Source: Dendrobates tinctorius (lineage: Eukaryota). From it: a stretch of 64,000 nt of DNA. The position numbers were made by a program, and so were the translations under genes. The stretch covers positions 26,226,001 to 26,290,000 of the forward strand of contig NW_027361810.1 of NCBI RefSeq assembly GCF_039654945.1. Direction: 5' to 3'. The notes beneath the pieces were generated by a model that saw nothing but the letters and a program-made list of their open reading frames with translations, did no database searches and was not told the origin of the DNA. Positions 11,576-23,344 of the stretch are shown here, one piece after another (the first letter of the stretch is position 1; every line of letters begins with the position of its first letter).

Positions 11576-12779
11576 TATATATCTACCTATTCTATGTGTA
11601 TTTACTGTATGTAATCCATCTATTCTATCCTGTTGGGTTCTAGGTGTGAAAAATTGAATTGCACTCGCATTACACTCGCGCGACTCTCTGCAGTGAGACT
11701 CGGATCGAATTTTTTATACGTTTAGTGTGACTCCGGCCTAAGGTTATGACTTCCTTTAACTGGCAGTAATAGGGTTAAATAGGCAGTTGTCGTGATTGGC
11801 AATGGGCTGCCACAATTACGTCACAGATCTATTAGACGGAGCACATTTCAGCGGTAAGAGATGTTCTCTGTGACTGGCAGACAAGTCACATCAGATTCTA
11901 CCCAGAACATTTCATCAGTAGCATTAAAAAAAAATCCCCAGTTCAAACCATTGTTGTCTGCGCCTCCTCCGGTCAGACCTTTCAATCTTGGCAGTCAGAA
12001 CATTTTTTTTTTGCTGAAGAAGAAAAATCATTTTTTGAAGCTTTTGTGTTTTTATTTTATTTTATATCTTTTTTTTTATCTTGCTGATCTATTCAAGTGA
12101 TGGAAAAACAGAAAGTCCCAATTATGCATCTGTTCCATCATCCACGGTAGAGAAATGCTAAGGAGACTCCGCTTGTGGAACTTAAAGGGAATCTGTCACC
12201 CCATTTTTGGCCTATAAGCTGCGGCCACCGCCATCAGGGGCTTATCTACAGCATTCTGTAATGCTGTAGATAAGCCCCCGATGTACCCTGAAAGAAAAGA
12301 AAAACGAGTTAGATTATACTCACCCGGGGATCAGGTCCGGTCCGATGGGTGTCGCTGTCCGGTCCGGCACCTCCCAACTTCTAGCGATGACGTCCTCCTT
12401 ATTTTTGCCACGGCTCCTGCGCAGGCATACTTTATTTGCCCTATTGAGGGCAGAGTAAAGTACTGCAGTGCGCAGGCGCCCGACCTCTCTGACCTTTCCC
12501 GGCGCCTGCGCACTGCAGTACTTTACTGTACCCTCAATAGGGCAGATAAAGTACGCCTGCGCAGGAGCCGTGGCAAAAATAAGGAGGACGTCATCGCTAG
12601 AAGATGGGAGGTGCTGGACTGGACGGCGACACCCATCGGACCGGACCTGATCCCCGGGTGAATATAATCTAACTCATTTTTCTTATCTTTCAGGTTACAT
12701 CGGGGGCTTATCAACAGCATTCTGTTATGATAAGGCTCTCACGCAGGAAAACGATGAAGAAATACATCAGGATAAGACT

Positions 12780-13364
12780 TTGCCAACAAACAGCAACCTT
12801 GTACGCCTTCAGAGTCCTCCTGGATGGAGAAAGAAAAATGTTGTGAAGAAGAAACGGAGAGTGGTGGTCATGGGGGATTCCCTGTTGAGAGGAACAGAGG
12901 CCGCTATCTGCAGACCGGATATAACTTCAAGAGAAATGTGCTGTCTTCCAGGTGCAAAAATTAAAGATGTGTCTGACAGGATATCAGGACTCTTCAGACC
13001 TACAGATGACTACCCATTCCTGCTACTACATGTGGGGACAAATGACACCGCAAGAAACGACCTGGAAACCATCTGCAGAGACTTTGAAGACTTAGGCAAG
13101 AAAGTGAAAGAACTGGGAGCGCAGGTGGTCTTCTCTTCCATCCTCCCAGTGGATGGCCATGGAACAAGGAGGTGGAATAAGATTCTGCAGGTGAACAACT
13201 GGCTACGTCGATGGTGCCGTCAGCAACGATTTGGATTTCTGGATCACGGAGTGAACTACTTATACGATGGACTACTTGCTAGAGATGGGGTGCACCTTAC
13301 GAAGACTGGAAAGCAGGTATTTGGAAGTCGCCTTGCTACACTTGTAAGGAGAGCTTTAAACTAG
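12780..13364 (+). CDS. CR1 ORF1 C-terminal SGNH/GDSL esterase-like domain (5'-truncated)
   Basis: Motifs VVVMGDSLLRG, HVGTND, DGVH; ends RALN*. Confidence 0.9.
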   Translation: MPTNSNLVRLQSPPGWRKKNVVKKKRRVVVMGDSLLRGTEAAICRPDITSREMCCLPGAKIKDVSDRISGLFRPTDDYPFLLLHVGTNDTARNDLETICRDFEDLGKKVKELGAQVVFSSILPVDGHGTRRWNKILQVNNWLRRWCRQQRFGFLDHGVNYLYDGLLARDGVHLTKTGKQVFGSRLATLVRRALN

Positions 13365-16276
13365 AACAACATGGGAAGGGAAGCAAAAGACCAGAAAAAG
13401 CCATACACCTGACAAATGCTACTGAGAACTCTGCTATTAGAAGTGGAAAGGAAGAACAAAGACGAAAGAATCTAATTAAAAAAAATATTGGAGAAGGAGA
13501 AACCAATCACAAACTAAAATGTTTCTATACTAATGCACAAAGCATGGGCAACAAACAAGGAGAATTGGAACTACTAACACAGGAAAAGAAATATGATGTC
13601 ATTGGAATCACTGAAACTTGGTGGGACAATACACATGATTGGAATACAAGACTAGAAGGATACAACTTATTTGCAAGAAACAGACTTGATAAACGAGGAG
13701 GGGGTGTCGCATTGTATGTTAGAAATGAGTATATCTGCACAGAGATTGAAGCTTCAGAGACTGGGAGTTCTGTGGAAACTGTTTGGGTAAGAATACAAGG
13801 ACAGAACAATGGAAAGGACACCATTGTAGGCATTTACTACAGGCCGCCTGTGCAAGCTGAAGATATGGATGAACTCTTTATGCATCAAATGGCCAAGTTC
13901 TCCAAAAAATATGACATAGTTGTCATGGGAGATTTCAACTATCCAGACATTTGTTGGGAATCTCTCTCAGGCAAAACTAACAGGTCAAGGAAATTCTTAT
14001 CCTCTCTTGCTGACAACTTTATCTTCCAAAAGGTAAAGGAGAAAACAAGGGGAACTGCTACCTTGGATCTAATCCTTATAAACAGGGAGGAAATGGTTGA
14101 GGAGGTAAAAGTGGCTGGGACCCTAGGAGGTAGCGACCATGCTATTTTAGAATTTTGGATAACTAGAGGCGGAAGACCTGTGAAGACTCAGACGTCAAGG
14201 TTAGATTTCAGAAAGGCAGATTTTAAGGGATTCAGAAAGAGAATTGGAGGGATCCAATGGCTGGATATCCTTAAAGACAAAAATGTCCAGGAAGGATGGG
14301 AAATCTTGAAAAATGAAATTCTCAAAGCACAGTTGTTAACAATTCCGAAAAGAGGGAAGAATAGGAAGCATTTAAGGAAACCAGGATGGATGAACACAGA
14401 ACTTAAGCACATGCTAAAAAGGAAGCAAAAAATGTTTATAAAATGGAAAGAAGGAGGCATATCTAAAGAAGAATATAATGCTGTCTGCAGAACCTGCAAG
14501 GCACAAATCAGATTATCTAAAGCTGAAAATGAATTGAGGCTTGCAAGAGATGTCAAAAGCAATAATAAAGGATTTTGGGGATATGTCAAAAGTAAAAGAA
14601 AAGTCAAAGATGCTATAGGATTTTTACAGGATGAAAATGATGAAATGGTAAGACAGGATGTTGAGAAGGCTGAACTTTTAAATTCCTATTTTGCATCTGT
14701 TTTCTCTCAGAAAGGAAATGTAACATCAACTGTTATTCACTGTCCTATTAAGGGAATAGAAGAATCCAGGATATCTATAAACAGAAAGATAGTGAGGAAA
14801 CACTTAGCTAACCTAAATGTATTCAAGTCTCCAGGTCCAGATGAATTACACCCCAGAGTACTGAAGGAGATAGCAGAAGAAATTTTTGAACCCCTCTCCA
14901 TAATCTTTGAAAATTCTTGGAGAACAGGAGAAGTGCCAGAAGACTGGAGAAGAGCAAATGTTGTTCCTATCTTCAAAAAGGGGAAGAAGGTGGACCCAGG
15001 CAACTATAGGCCGGTGAGTCTGACTTCTATACCAGGAAAGATCTTTGAACAAATTATTAAACAACATGTATGTCAATACCTGGATAAGAATGAAGTGATT
15101 AAACAGAGTCAGCATGGGTTTGTAACTAATAAGTCATGTCAGACTAATTTAATTTCCTTCTATGATGGTATTACTGATTGGGTGGATCAAGGAAATGCTG
15201 TAGATATAGTATATCTTGACTTCAGCAAAGCATTTGACAAAGTCTCTCATACAATCATTATTGAAAAAATGACTAAGTATGGAATGGACAAGGCAACTGT
15301 TAGGTGGATTCATAACTGGCTTAGTGATCGGACCCAAAGAGTGGTCGTAAATGGCTGCACATCCAGTTGGAAGAATGTCTCAAGTGGGGTACCACAGGGC
15401 TCTGTCCTGGGCCCTGTATTGTTCAACATCTTTATCAACGATTTAGATGAAGAAATTGAGGGTAAACTGATTAAATTTGCTGATGACACAAAGCTAGGAG
15501 GGATAGCTAATACTAGAGAAGAGAGAGAGAGGATTCAAAAAGATTTAAATAAACTGGAGAAGTGGGCAGCAACTAACAGAATGGTTTTTAACAGGGAGAA
15601 ATGCAAAGTACTACATCTGGGCAATAAAAATGAAAAAAGCATATATAGAATGGGAGGAATAGGGCTAAGTGACAGCACATGTGAAAAAGACTTGGGTATA
15701 CTAATAGATCACAGACTGAATATGAGTCAACAGTGTGATGCAGCAGCAAAAAAGGCAAATGCAATTCTAGGATGTATTAACAGAAGCATACAGTCTAGAT
15801 CACGTGAAGTAATTATTTCCCTCTACTCCTCTTTGGTCAGACCTCATCTGGAATATTGTGTCCAATTTTGGGCACCACATTTTAAAAAAGACATCAACAA
15901 ACTGGAGCAAGTTCAGAAAAGAGCGACCAGAATGGTGACCGGTCTGCAAACCCTGTCTTATGAGGAAAGGTTGCAGGATTTGGGAATGTTTAGTTTGCAA
16001 AAGAGAAGACTGAGAGGAGACTTAATAGCTGTCTACAAATATCTAAAGGGCTGTCACATTGTAGAAGGATCAACTTTATTCTCATTTGCACAAGGAAAGA
16101 CTAGAAGCAATGGGATGAAGCTGAATGGGAGGAGACACAGATTAGATATTAGAAAAAACTTTTTGACAGTTAGAGTGATCAATGAGTGGAACAGGCTGCC
16201 ACGAGAAGTGGTGAGTTCTCCTTCAATGGAAGTCTTCAAACAGAGGCTGGACAGACATCTAACTGGTATGATTTAG
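13361..16276 (+). CDS. CR1 ORF2: APE endonuclease plus reverse transcriptase (first ATG at 13544, frame open from the ORF1 end)
   Basis: Motifs LKCFYTNAQS, GITETW, MGDFN, SDH, PGPDE, NYRPVSL, LDFSKAFD, GVPQGSVLGP, FADD; no stops. Confidence 0.96.
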   Translation, partial: LEQHGKGSKRPEKAIHLTNATENSAIRSGKEEQRRKNLIKKNIGEGETNHKLKCFYTNAQSMGNKQGELELLTQEKKYDVIGITETWWDNTHDWNTRLEGYNLFARNRLDKRGGGVALYVRNEYICTEIEASETGSSVETVWVRIQGQNNGKDTIVGIYYRPPVQAEDMDELFMHQMAKFSKKYDIVVMGDFNYPDICWESLSGKTNRSRKFLSSLADNFIFQKVKEKTRGTATLDLILINREEMVEEVKVAGTLGGSDHAILEFWITRGGRPVKTQTSRLDFRKADFKGFRKRIGGIQWLDILKDKNVQEGWEILKNEILKAQLLTIPKRGKNRKHLRKPGWMNTELKHMLKRKQKMFIKWKEGGISKEEYNAVCRTCKAQIRLSKAENELRLARDVKSNNKGFWGYVKSKRKVKDAIGFLQDENDEMVRQDVEKAELLNSYFASVFSQKGNVTSTVIHCPIKGIEESRISINRKIVRKHLANLNVFKSPGPDELHPRVLKEIAEEIFEPLSIIFENSWRTGEVPEDWRRANVVPIFKKGKKVDPGNYRPVSLTSIPGKIFEQIIKQHVCQYLDKNEVIKQSQHGFVTNKSCQTNLISFYDGITDWVDQGNAVDIVYLDFSKAFDKVSHTIIIEKMTKYGMDKATVRWIHNWLSDRTQRVVVNGCTSSWKNVSSGVPQGSVLGPVLFNIFINDLDEEIEGKLIKFADDTKLGGIANTREERERIQKDLNKLEKWAATNRMVFNREKCKVLHLGNKNEKSIYRMGGIGLSDSTCEKDLGILIDHRLNMSQQCDAAAKKANAILGCINRSIQSRSREVIISLYSSLVRPHLEYCVQFWAPHFKKDINKLEQVQKRATRMVTGLQTLSYEERLQDLGMFSLQKRRLRGDLIAVYKYLKGCHIVEGSTLFSFAQGKTRSNGMKLNGRRHRLDIRKNFLTVRVINEWNRLPREVVSSPSMEVFKQRLDRHLTGMI

Positions 16277-18097
16277 TGAATCCTGCTTTGAGCAGGGGGT
16301 TGGACCAGATGGCCCAGGAGGTCCCTTCCAACTCTACGATTCTATGATTCTATGATTCTATGATGGCGGTGGCTGCATCTCATAGCCCATGCGGTGACAG
16401 ATTCCTTTTAATGTGTAGAAAGGGAATGAATAGCTGTCAGTAAACGGATCTGATTCCATCGTGGCGCTTGTCAATCCTCAAGTGCAATGCCTGAACCTTT
16501 AAGGCTCAGCAATTTGTGCTGCATATCCTTCCCTATTAATTAAAGGGGTTGTCCAGAACTTAGATATTAATGATCCATCATCAATATCAGATGGTTAGGG
16601 GGTAAAAACCCTTTTCCACCACTGATCACCTGTTTGCACCCAGTGGCGAAAGAAAATAATGTACAATGCCGACACAGCACAGCTCCGTACTCAACATAGT
16701 GGCCATTCTAAGATACTGCAACTTAACTCCTACTGAAGCGAATGGGAGCTGAGCTGCAGTACCCAAAAACATCCACTATGTTGTGTGTGTGGAGCTGCAC
16801 ACTGTTTATTTCTGGCCTGTAGGTAGCTGATTAGTAGAAATACCAGGTGTGAGATCCTCAATGATTTGAGATTAATAATGACTTATATTAAAAACATCTA
16901 GGTTTTGGACAAGCGGTTTAACAGGAAGTCATTGTTATTTTCTGACACAATTTGAAAAAAAATGAATATATACCCCGCTGCAAGTAAAAAGCAATAGTGC
17001 ATATACAGAACATGGGGGACTTAGTAAAACATTGTTTTTGATTAGAAAAAAGCGTAAAAGCCATCCCACCAGTGCCAAGGTGCACCCAAATCTGGATAGT
17101 CCTAACCTCTAGTGGTAAAACCTTACCGTGTGTCAAAAATGAACCTCAATGTGAAAGGGCCAAAGGGCCAACTATGGACACCCAGTAATGGGAAGCTATG
17201 TAAATGTAATGTCTAGCTCAAGAAAGGGAGGCCACGTGAATGCAAGAACATAAAGCAAAGCCGAAAGAGGGTGTTTCCTATGTCCCCTATGTCATTTACA
17301 TGCACTGATGCTTTTTACTAACTTATGGCAGGTTATATGTTAATTTTGTTTCTATCTTAGGCTTTGTCCATTTAATGGCCAGTGTGAACAGGCGCCTTCA
17401 CGTTGTACGTGCACCATCTTACACTCCAGCTCATTTCTTTTGGTTTTATTTTCTGACGCGTTGCAAATGCAGCGGAGCAGCAGCTCAGTCACGACCACTA
17501 CAGTCTGCTGAATATAGCACATGTTCTCATATGTCTATTAATGTGCAAGAAAGCAGCAAAGCTAATAGGTTTCATTGCTGACATCAATTGGTAGACTGTT
17601 AAAAGTAACCATTGCTTTATGTACAGTATTTATATTTTTCTTTTCGTAAATCAATAGAACACTCTGTAATGTATCTTATCAGAGAAACCTGCCTTTTTTC
17701 TCCTCCTGGACTGATCTTTCATTCCAAATTCATGGGTAAAATCTGTATGCTGTGAAGACAAATAGTCCCATTACTGAGAAACGAGATGACGGTTGGTGCG
17801 TATAAAGTTCTATGGAGAAAGAAGGCAGAAGAGGCAGACACGGATATTCTGCTGAAAGTTCTTCTGAAACTGTTACATTGTAAAGAGATGAGCAAGCGAG
17901 TGGGTCTTCGCTGTCTGTGCCTGCCTCTGAGTTTCCCTCCAAGTTATTAAATGGTGAATGTTATATATTCTCCTTTCCATAAAGTGATCATAGTATCATA
18001 GAATCCTCACGCTGACAGTAGAGGGTGGCAGTCCCCAGCTGTCAGTTTTGCCTGGCTGGTTATCAAAAACACAGGGGAACCCACATTGTTTTTTTAA

Positions 18098-18734
18098 GAA
18101 TCATAGACTGGTAGAGTTGGAAGGGACCTCCTGGGCCATCTGGTCCAACCCCCTGCTCAACACAGGATTCACTAAACCATCCCATGTCTGTCCAGCCTCT
18201 GTTTGAAGACTTCTATTGAAGGAGAACTCACCACTTCTCGTGGCAGCCTGTTCCACTCACTGATCACCCTAACTGTCAAAAAGTTTTTTCTAATATCTAA
18301 TCTGTGTCTCCTCCCATTCAGTTTCATCGCATTGCTTCTAGTCTTTCCTTGTGCAAATGAGAATAAAGATGATCCTTCTACAATGTGACAGCCCTTGAGA
18401 TATTTGTAGACTGCTATTAAGTCTCCTCTCAGTCTTCTCTTTTGCAAACTAAACATTCCCAAATCCTGCAACCTTTCCTCATAAGACAGGGTTTGCAGAC
18501 CGGTCACCATTCTGGTCGCTCTTTTCTGAACTTGCTCCAGTTTGTTGATGTCTTTTTTAAAATGTGGCACCCAAAACTGGACACAATATTCCAGATGAGG
18601 TCTGACCAAAGAGGAGTAGAGGGCAATAATGACTTCACGTGATCTAGACTGTATGCTTCTGTTAATACATCCTAGAATTGTATTTGCCTTTTTTGCTGCT
18701 GCATCACACTGTTGACTCATGTGCAGTCTGTGAT
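18098..18734 (-). mobile_element. CR1 3' fragment, same young subfamily
   Basis: Peptide nearly identical to the last ~185 aa of ORF2 of the long copy, plus 3' UTR. Confidence 0.95.
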
Positions 18735-19007
18735 ATAGTTATTCTGATTCGCTATGTCTCTTTCCTCATGTGCAGGCATTGCAGGACCTTAGGTATCCAT
18801 GGTTGCGACCACTAGCAGCTAGCTGTCACGTTATCAGTGGACGAAACCCTGGATACCTAAGGTCCTGCAATGCCTGCACATGAGGAAAGAGACCTAGCGA
18901 ATCAGAAAAACTATACTACATTTCTAATTGGGGGTATTTGCTAATATTATTATTATTGCACCTACTACATATTGGGATAGGATCTTGGAGATGGAAATAC
19001 TCTTGTA
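18735..19007. mobile_element. T2/Kolobok-type MITE, palindromic core plus right arm
   Basis: Inverted repeat TTCTGATTCGCTATGTCTCTTTCCTCATGTGCAGGCATTGCAGGACCTTAGGTATCCA and its complement. Confidence 0.7.
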
Positions 19008-19534
19008 ATGCCTGGAATATTTGGGGAAAAAAGAAAAAAAGCCAGAAAGAGATAACCAGGGTTGCTGCTAATCCATTCACCATCTATACCACCAGGCAAC
19101 ATCTGAATAGGTCCAAGGTGCCTAAATGGGGAGAGTGCCGACTGCAAGGACGGAGAGGGCGAAGAAGGGGTTAACTGAAGGCACGGGCCAATTTTGTTGC
19201 AAATGTGTATACACAATAAATATGTATGTAGAGTTCAGCAGAACGATCTGCAGGACCCTCAACCAGCGGCCACATTTTTATTCTGTGACTGCCAGAAAAG
19301 AGTCCGGAGAACTTCATCTTACCTATCGACAATGTCAACAGATCCACTAATTAGAAAAGGTGGCGGGGATGCCGGGTTTAAGGCAGTTGCATAGCTCTTT
19401 TCTGGTGGTCATGGACTATAGACATGGCCGCCGATCCGGGTTGCTGCTGAACATTTTACTCAACTCTATGGGTCATCAGTGAATAAGTCCTGGACAATCC
19501 TTTTAGATTTCTTTCCTGCAGTTTATCGCTTTAA

Positions 19535-19920
19535 GGCTATGTTCACACGTTACTTTTTTTTCCCACATAGTTTAAGCTGCTTAAAAAAAGAAGGTTTTAT
19601 TTACTTATTTTCTGTGTTTTTTTTTGCTTAGTTTTTTTGCAGGGTACATTTGCCTCTTGTACACGCTGATAAAGTTTAGTGCCTTAAAAAATTATCTGAT
19701 TCTACTTCAGCAGGCTTTGGCACCAAAAATGCAGCAAAACTTGATACTTGCGTTTTTTTTCAGCCCTTTTTGCACTACCCATTGCTTTCAATGGATGAAA
19801 AACGCTGAAAGTAGCGACGTGCTGCATTTTTCAAAAACACAACTCTGTGACAAAAAGTCATACACCCCAAAAAACATTGCATAAAAAAATGCAGCAAAAA
19901 CGCAACGTGTAAATATAGCC
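19535..19920. mobile_element. Harbinger-type MITE
   Basis: TAA+GGCTATGTTCACACGTT ... AACGTGTAAATATAGCC+TTA. Confidence 0.7.
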
Positions 19921-20143
19921 TTAGGGTCACAATACTTTTACCTTTAAGGGAATTAGGATGATCCTAAAAATGTGCTCATGCTCCTATAATTACAAGAATG
20001 AATCTTTATTCATAAAACCATTTAGCAAATAGGATATAAAATTCTGCTCGCACTTTTGTGTTCACCTGTCCGGTCTCAGACCACATTATGTGATCCATCT
20101 GTTTTACAGAAAGGGCCGCTGCCTGTAGAATAACATATGCTAT

Positions 20144-20281
20144 GCTGACATCTAGTGGCAGACAGAGGTAACTGCTGTGTGCTACTTCTGCTTTTTTTCC
20201 TTTCAACATTGTTTTAAAAAATGTCTTAGAACGATGAATATATTAAATAAATAAGTAGTATGAATTTGCCCTCTAGGGGAC
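20144..20281 (-). promoter_or_regulatory. Pair of CTCF-like motifs
   Basis: GCTGACATCTAGTGGCA (20144-20160) and TTGCCCTCTAGGGGAC (20266-20281), same orientation, in unique-looking DNA. Confidence 0.4.
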
Positions 20282-22131
20282 GGCATGGATAGGAAATTTA
20301 TTGCCTTAAAGGGAATCTGTCATGCTATTAACCTGCAAATATGGGGTTGATCTACAGATTTATAGCGTTCTAAATCAGTGAATTATAGTACAGTACAGAA
20401 ATTAAGCAAAAAGAGGTGGTGAGCGATTTAAACTGTGGACCCTTAAAAAGCATCAATATGTTAAAGTTTAGAAAATTATACAAAGTTTCAGTCTGCAATG
20501 TTCATTCATTTTTAGACCCCCTGATATGCAGTTTGTTGCCTGATCAAAGTTTCAGATTTTTCCCTTGTGTGTCTCTATCAGTAATATAGGTTGGATGTGA
20601 GTCGTATGAATTCAGGGTGCTGCTATCTTTATTAGCTGATATATTATCACAGCTTCTAGCCTGATTTTATTCCCACTTCATGCCCTTCTTTCTGTTTTAT
20701 CTGCCCTCCCTGAGACTGTAGTTACTTTTTCCCCTATCCACATTGTTTATATCTGTGCACAATCCCATCCCCTCTACCTGTTGCTATTTTTAACATTGAG
20801 AAAGAAAGGCAGGAGCTGAATGAGTTGTAAGACCAAAGAACAGGAGCTCTGATGGATTTATATGTACACATGCCCTGCAGAATCAAAATGCAGCAAAATT
20901 TTGGCTCAAAAATGATTTAGAAAGTTGGTTAACTTGGAAATGGACGATAAAAAAAATTCAACGTGAAAGCTTACACAGCCTTCAGGCAATAGCGTCATGA
21001 ATTCTGTGGTTGATAGCCACCCCCTGATAGCAGTGGCCAGGACCTGGGGTTCTGTGTTCTGGCCCATAGACTGATGTTCACGGGCACCTTGTTAGCATTT
21101 TGCTAATTTATCATTAGTATTCCTTACATCAAGATTAACTAGTGAAGACCCCAGACACCAAAACTTAATGAGGTTGTAAACTTTCTCCCTAAAATGTATT
21201 TGTACCCTGAGCCAGAATCCTATTTCTTTTTTTACATCCCAAATCAGACCCCTAAAATTAATCATAGAGTCTAAAATGAGATAAGACCACAATACAGCCC
21301 CCCCTAAAAATTAACCAAACAGATACCAGAATTGCCCTTAAAATGAATTCAGACTCCAAATCGGCCCTAAAATCAGATTCTAAAATGAATCCTGAACCCA
21401 AACAGCTAAAATTCATAGATCCTAAAAGTTATGAGATCCCTGACTAAGTTCTAATATTTATCAGACTCAGGAATCAAGGAGGAAAAAGGGGAGAATAAAG
21501 GGTCAGTGTGGAGCGGTGGCACCTTATAGGGGTATTCTCATGGACCTTTTTAACATCTATCAGACATTCATCACTTACCTACAAGACGTGGAGGATGATT
21601 CTTCAGTTTTTGTCAAATTTCTGGAGTAAAACTTTTTGAAATGTCATCATTTTTGTTTTGCAGAAACTCCTAGGAAGCACAATCACCTGAGGTCATTACG
21701 GCATGGCGTGCTGGGTCTGATATATTTATTGTATATGGTCTGGGGTCTGATAATGACATAGAGGGGTCTGAATATATTTAGCTGGGCCTTTTTATATCAG
21801 CCATTCCCTACAAAAAATCCATTTACATTTTTGCTGCCACTCCCTGCGCCCCTGTCGGGGCTCTCCACGGTCTGTATTAAGGGTATCAATGGTGGCCTTT
21901 ATTTTTTTGTTTTATTAAAAAAAAGTCCTAGAGGGCTCTCTAATAACTTCCCACCATCTCATTCTACTTTTCGCCTGTAAAATAAAAAAAAAAAATTAAA
22001 TGTTATTAAAAGAATTAATGCCAGCAGCAGTCTGGAGCTCTAATGACATTTTGGAATAGCAAAGTTTTACTCACTGAAGGAGAGAACGACTAATGAAATC
22101 AATTATTAACCTTACATAAGCTAGTAATATA

Positions 22132-22510
22132 TGTGGTGTGGCAAGATGGCGTCTACATCCTGGAACTACATCCTGGAATCCCTGGAATGTGAGGTGGATA
22201 CACTGAAGACCATATATGGAATAGACCTAGCACGGGCCTAACACAGACTGACGCAATGGCTCTGGAGAAGCCGTGTGACGCCCTCTTACAGTCTGCTATA
22301 TGATCTTTTGTTTATACTAATAAAGTTCAGTTCTGTGCCAGCTCTTACCAAGAGAGGAGCACACATCTGACCTTGCATCCGATGTCTTTCTTCTATGCAT
22401 GCACTTGGCTCATATTTATCAGGTCAGGGCAGGCAATCACTAAGATCTCACCTTAAGAGATCACCCAACAACCCTAGTCCTGCGGATGTCAATTCAGAAA
22501 AATGGCTACA
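22132..22510 (+). mobile_element. Possible solo LTR
   Basis: TGT...ACA ends, AAGATGGCG motif, AATAAA at ~22319; no TSD found. Confidence 0.3.
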
Positions 22511-23344
22511 TTAGTATTAAGGCACATCATAAGTGGGTGCTGATTCAAATCAGAGTGTGATCCGATTTTCTCAGATGAGGAGAAGATGGAAAACAAAATG
22601 TCTTCAACTTCTCCATTCTGTTAGTCCGTAAAAATCTTCAACTCATATGTCATCCAAGGGCAGTCTGATTTTTTTTTTTTGACGGACCCATAGACTTTCA
22701 CGGCCGAGTGTGATCTGACTTACGGATGCAAATAGTACGTGCTGATATTTCTCCATCAGCCAGACTCAGTCCGAGGAGAATATTCACACAGAATAACATT
22801 GGTCGGAGCGCGATCTGATGGTTTGTTGGATCACACTTGGATCAAAAATACGGTCATGTATACAAGCTCTAATAGTGATGATGAACATAGATGTAGTGTG
22901 AGATGTTCAATAAGAGAAGTTTTATTGCATTTCTAGAAAGCTCCAGCAGAGGGTGAATATGCACCGCACATTGCATCTCACAGCTCCGTGTTCCTACTAG
23001 TGATGAGCGAACGTGCTGGGATAAGGTGTTATCTGCGCATGCTCGGGTGCTAACCGGGTGACTTCGGCGTGCTCGAATAATATGTTCAAGTCCCCGCGGC
23101 TGCATGTCTCACAGCTGTTCAACAGCTACAACACATGCAGGGATTGTCTAAAAAACAGGCTGCTTCTTTATGGGAGAAGGTAGCCATGTTTATTTTTCTT
23201 TAATTCTTTTCAAACTCTTTAAAATGAACCTGTTCGGGTGTGTTGACACCAGTGCTTCTTGGCAGTGTTTTTTATGTGCATTTTTTATATGCCTATATTA
23301 AAACTGTAGGTGAATTTTATAAGGGGCTTTCTGCCTTACACCTA

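Larger units (their letters stand above)
10160..11738. mobile_element. Partial non-autonomous DNA element (Harbinger-like right end) interrupted by a Tc1
   Basis: Shares CAAAGGTGACATCAACCC...CACTTGCCACCGCTA.AGGGCAAGTGGG with 44973-45095; ends GTGTGACTCCGGCC+TAA. Confidence 0.55.
12735..16364 (+). mobile_element. Young 5'-truncated CR1 LINE
   Basis: ORF1 esterase domain, intact ORF2, CR1 3' UTR and (ATTCTATG)n tail. Confidence 0.97.
12186..16407. mobile_element. Kolobok T2-type MITE split by the CR1 insertion
   Basis: TTAA+AGGGAATCTGTCACC at 12182; GGTGACAGATTCCTT+TTAA at 16393-16411; long internal palindrome centred ~12487. Confidence 0.88.

Noticed and set aside
16918-17330. Penelope GIY-YIG remnant
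   Set aside because: Only a vague resemblance; no convincing protein motif or hammerhead core
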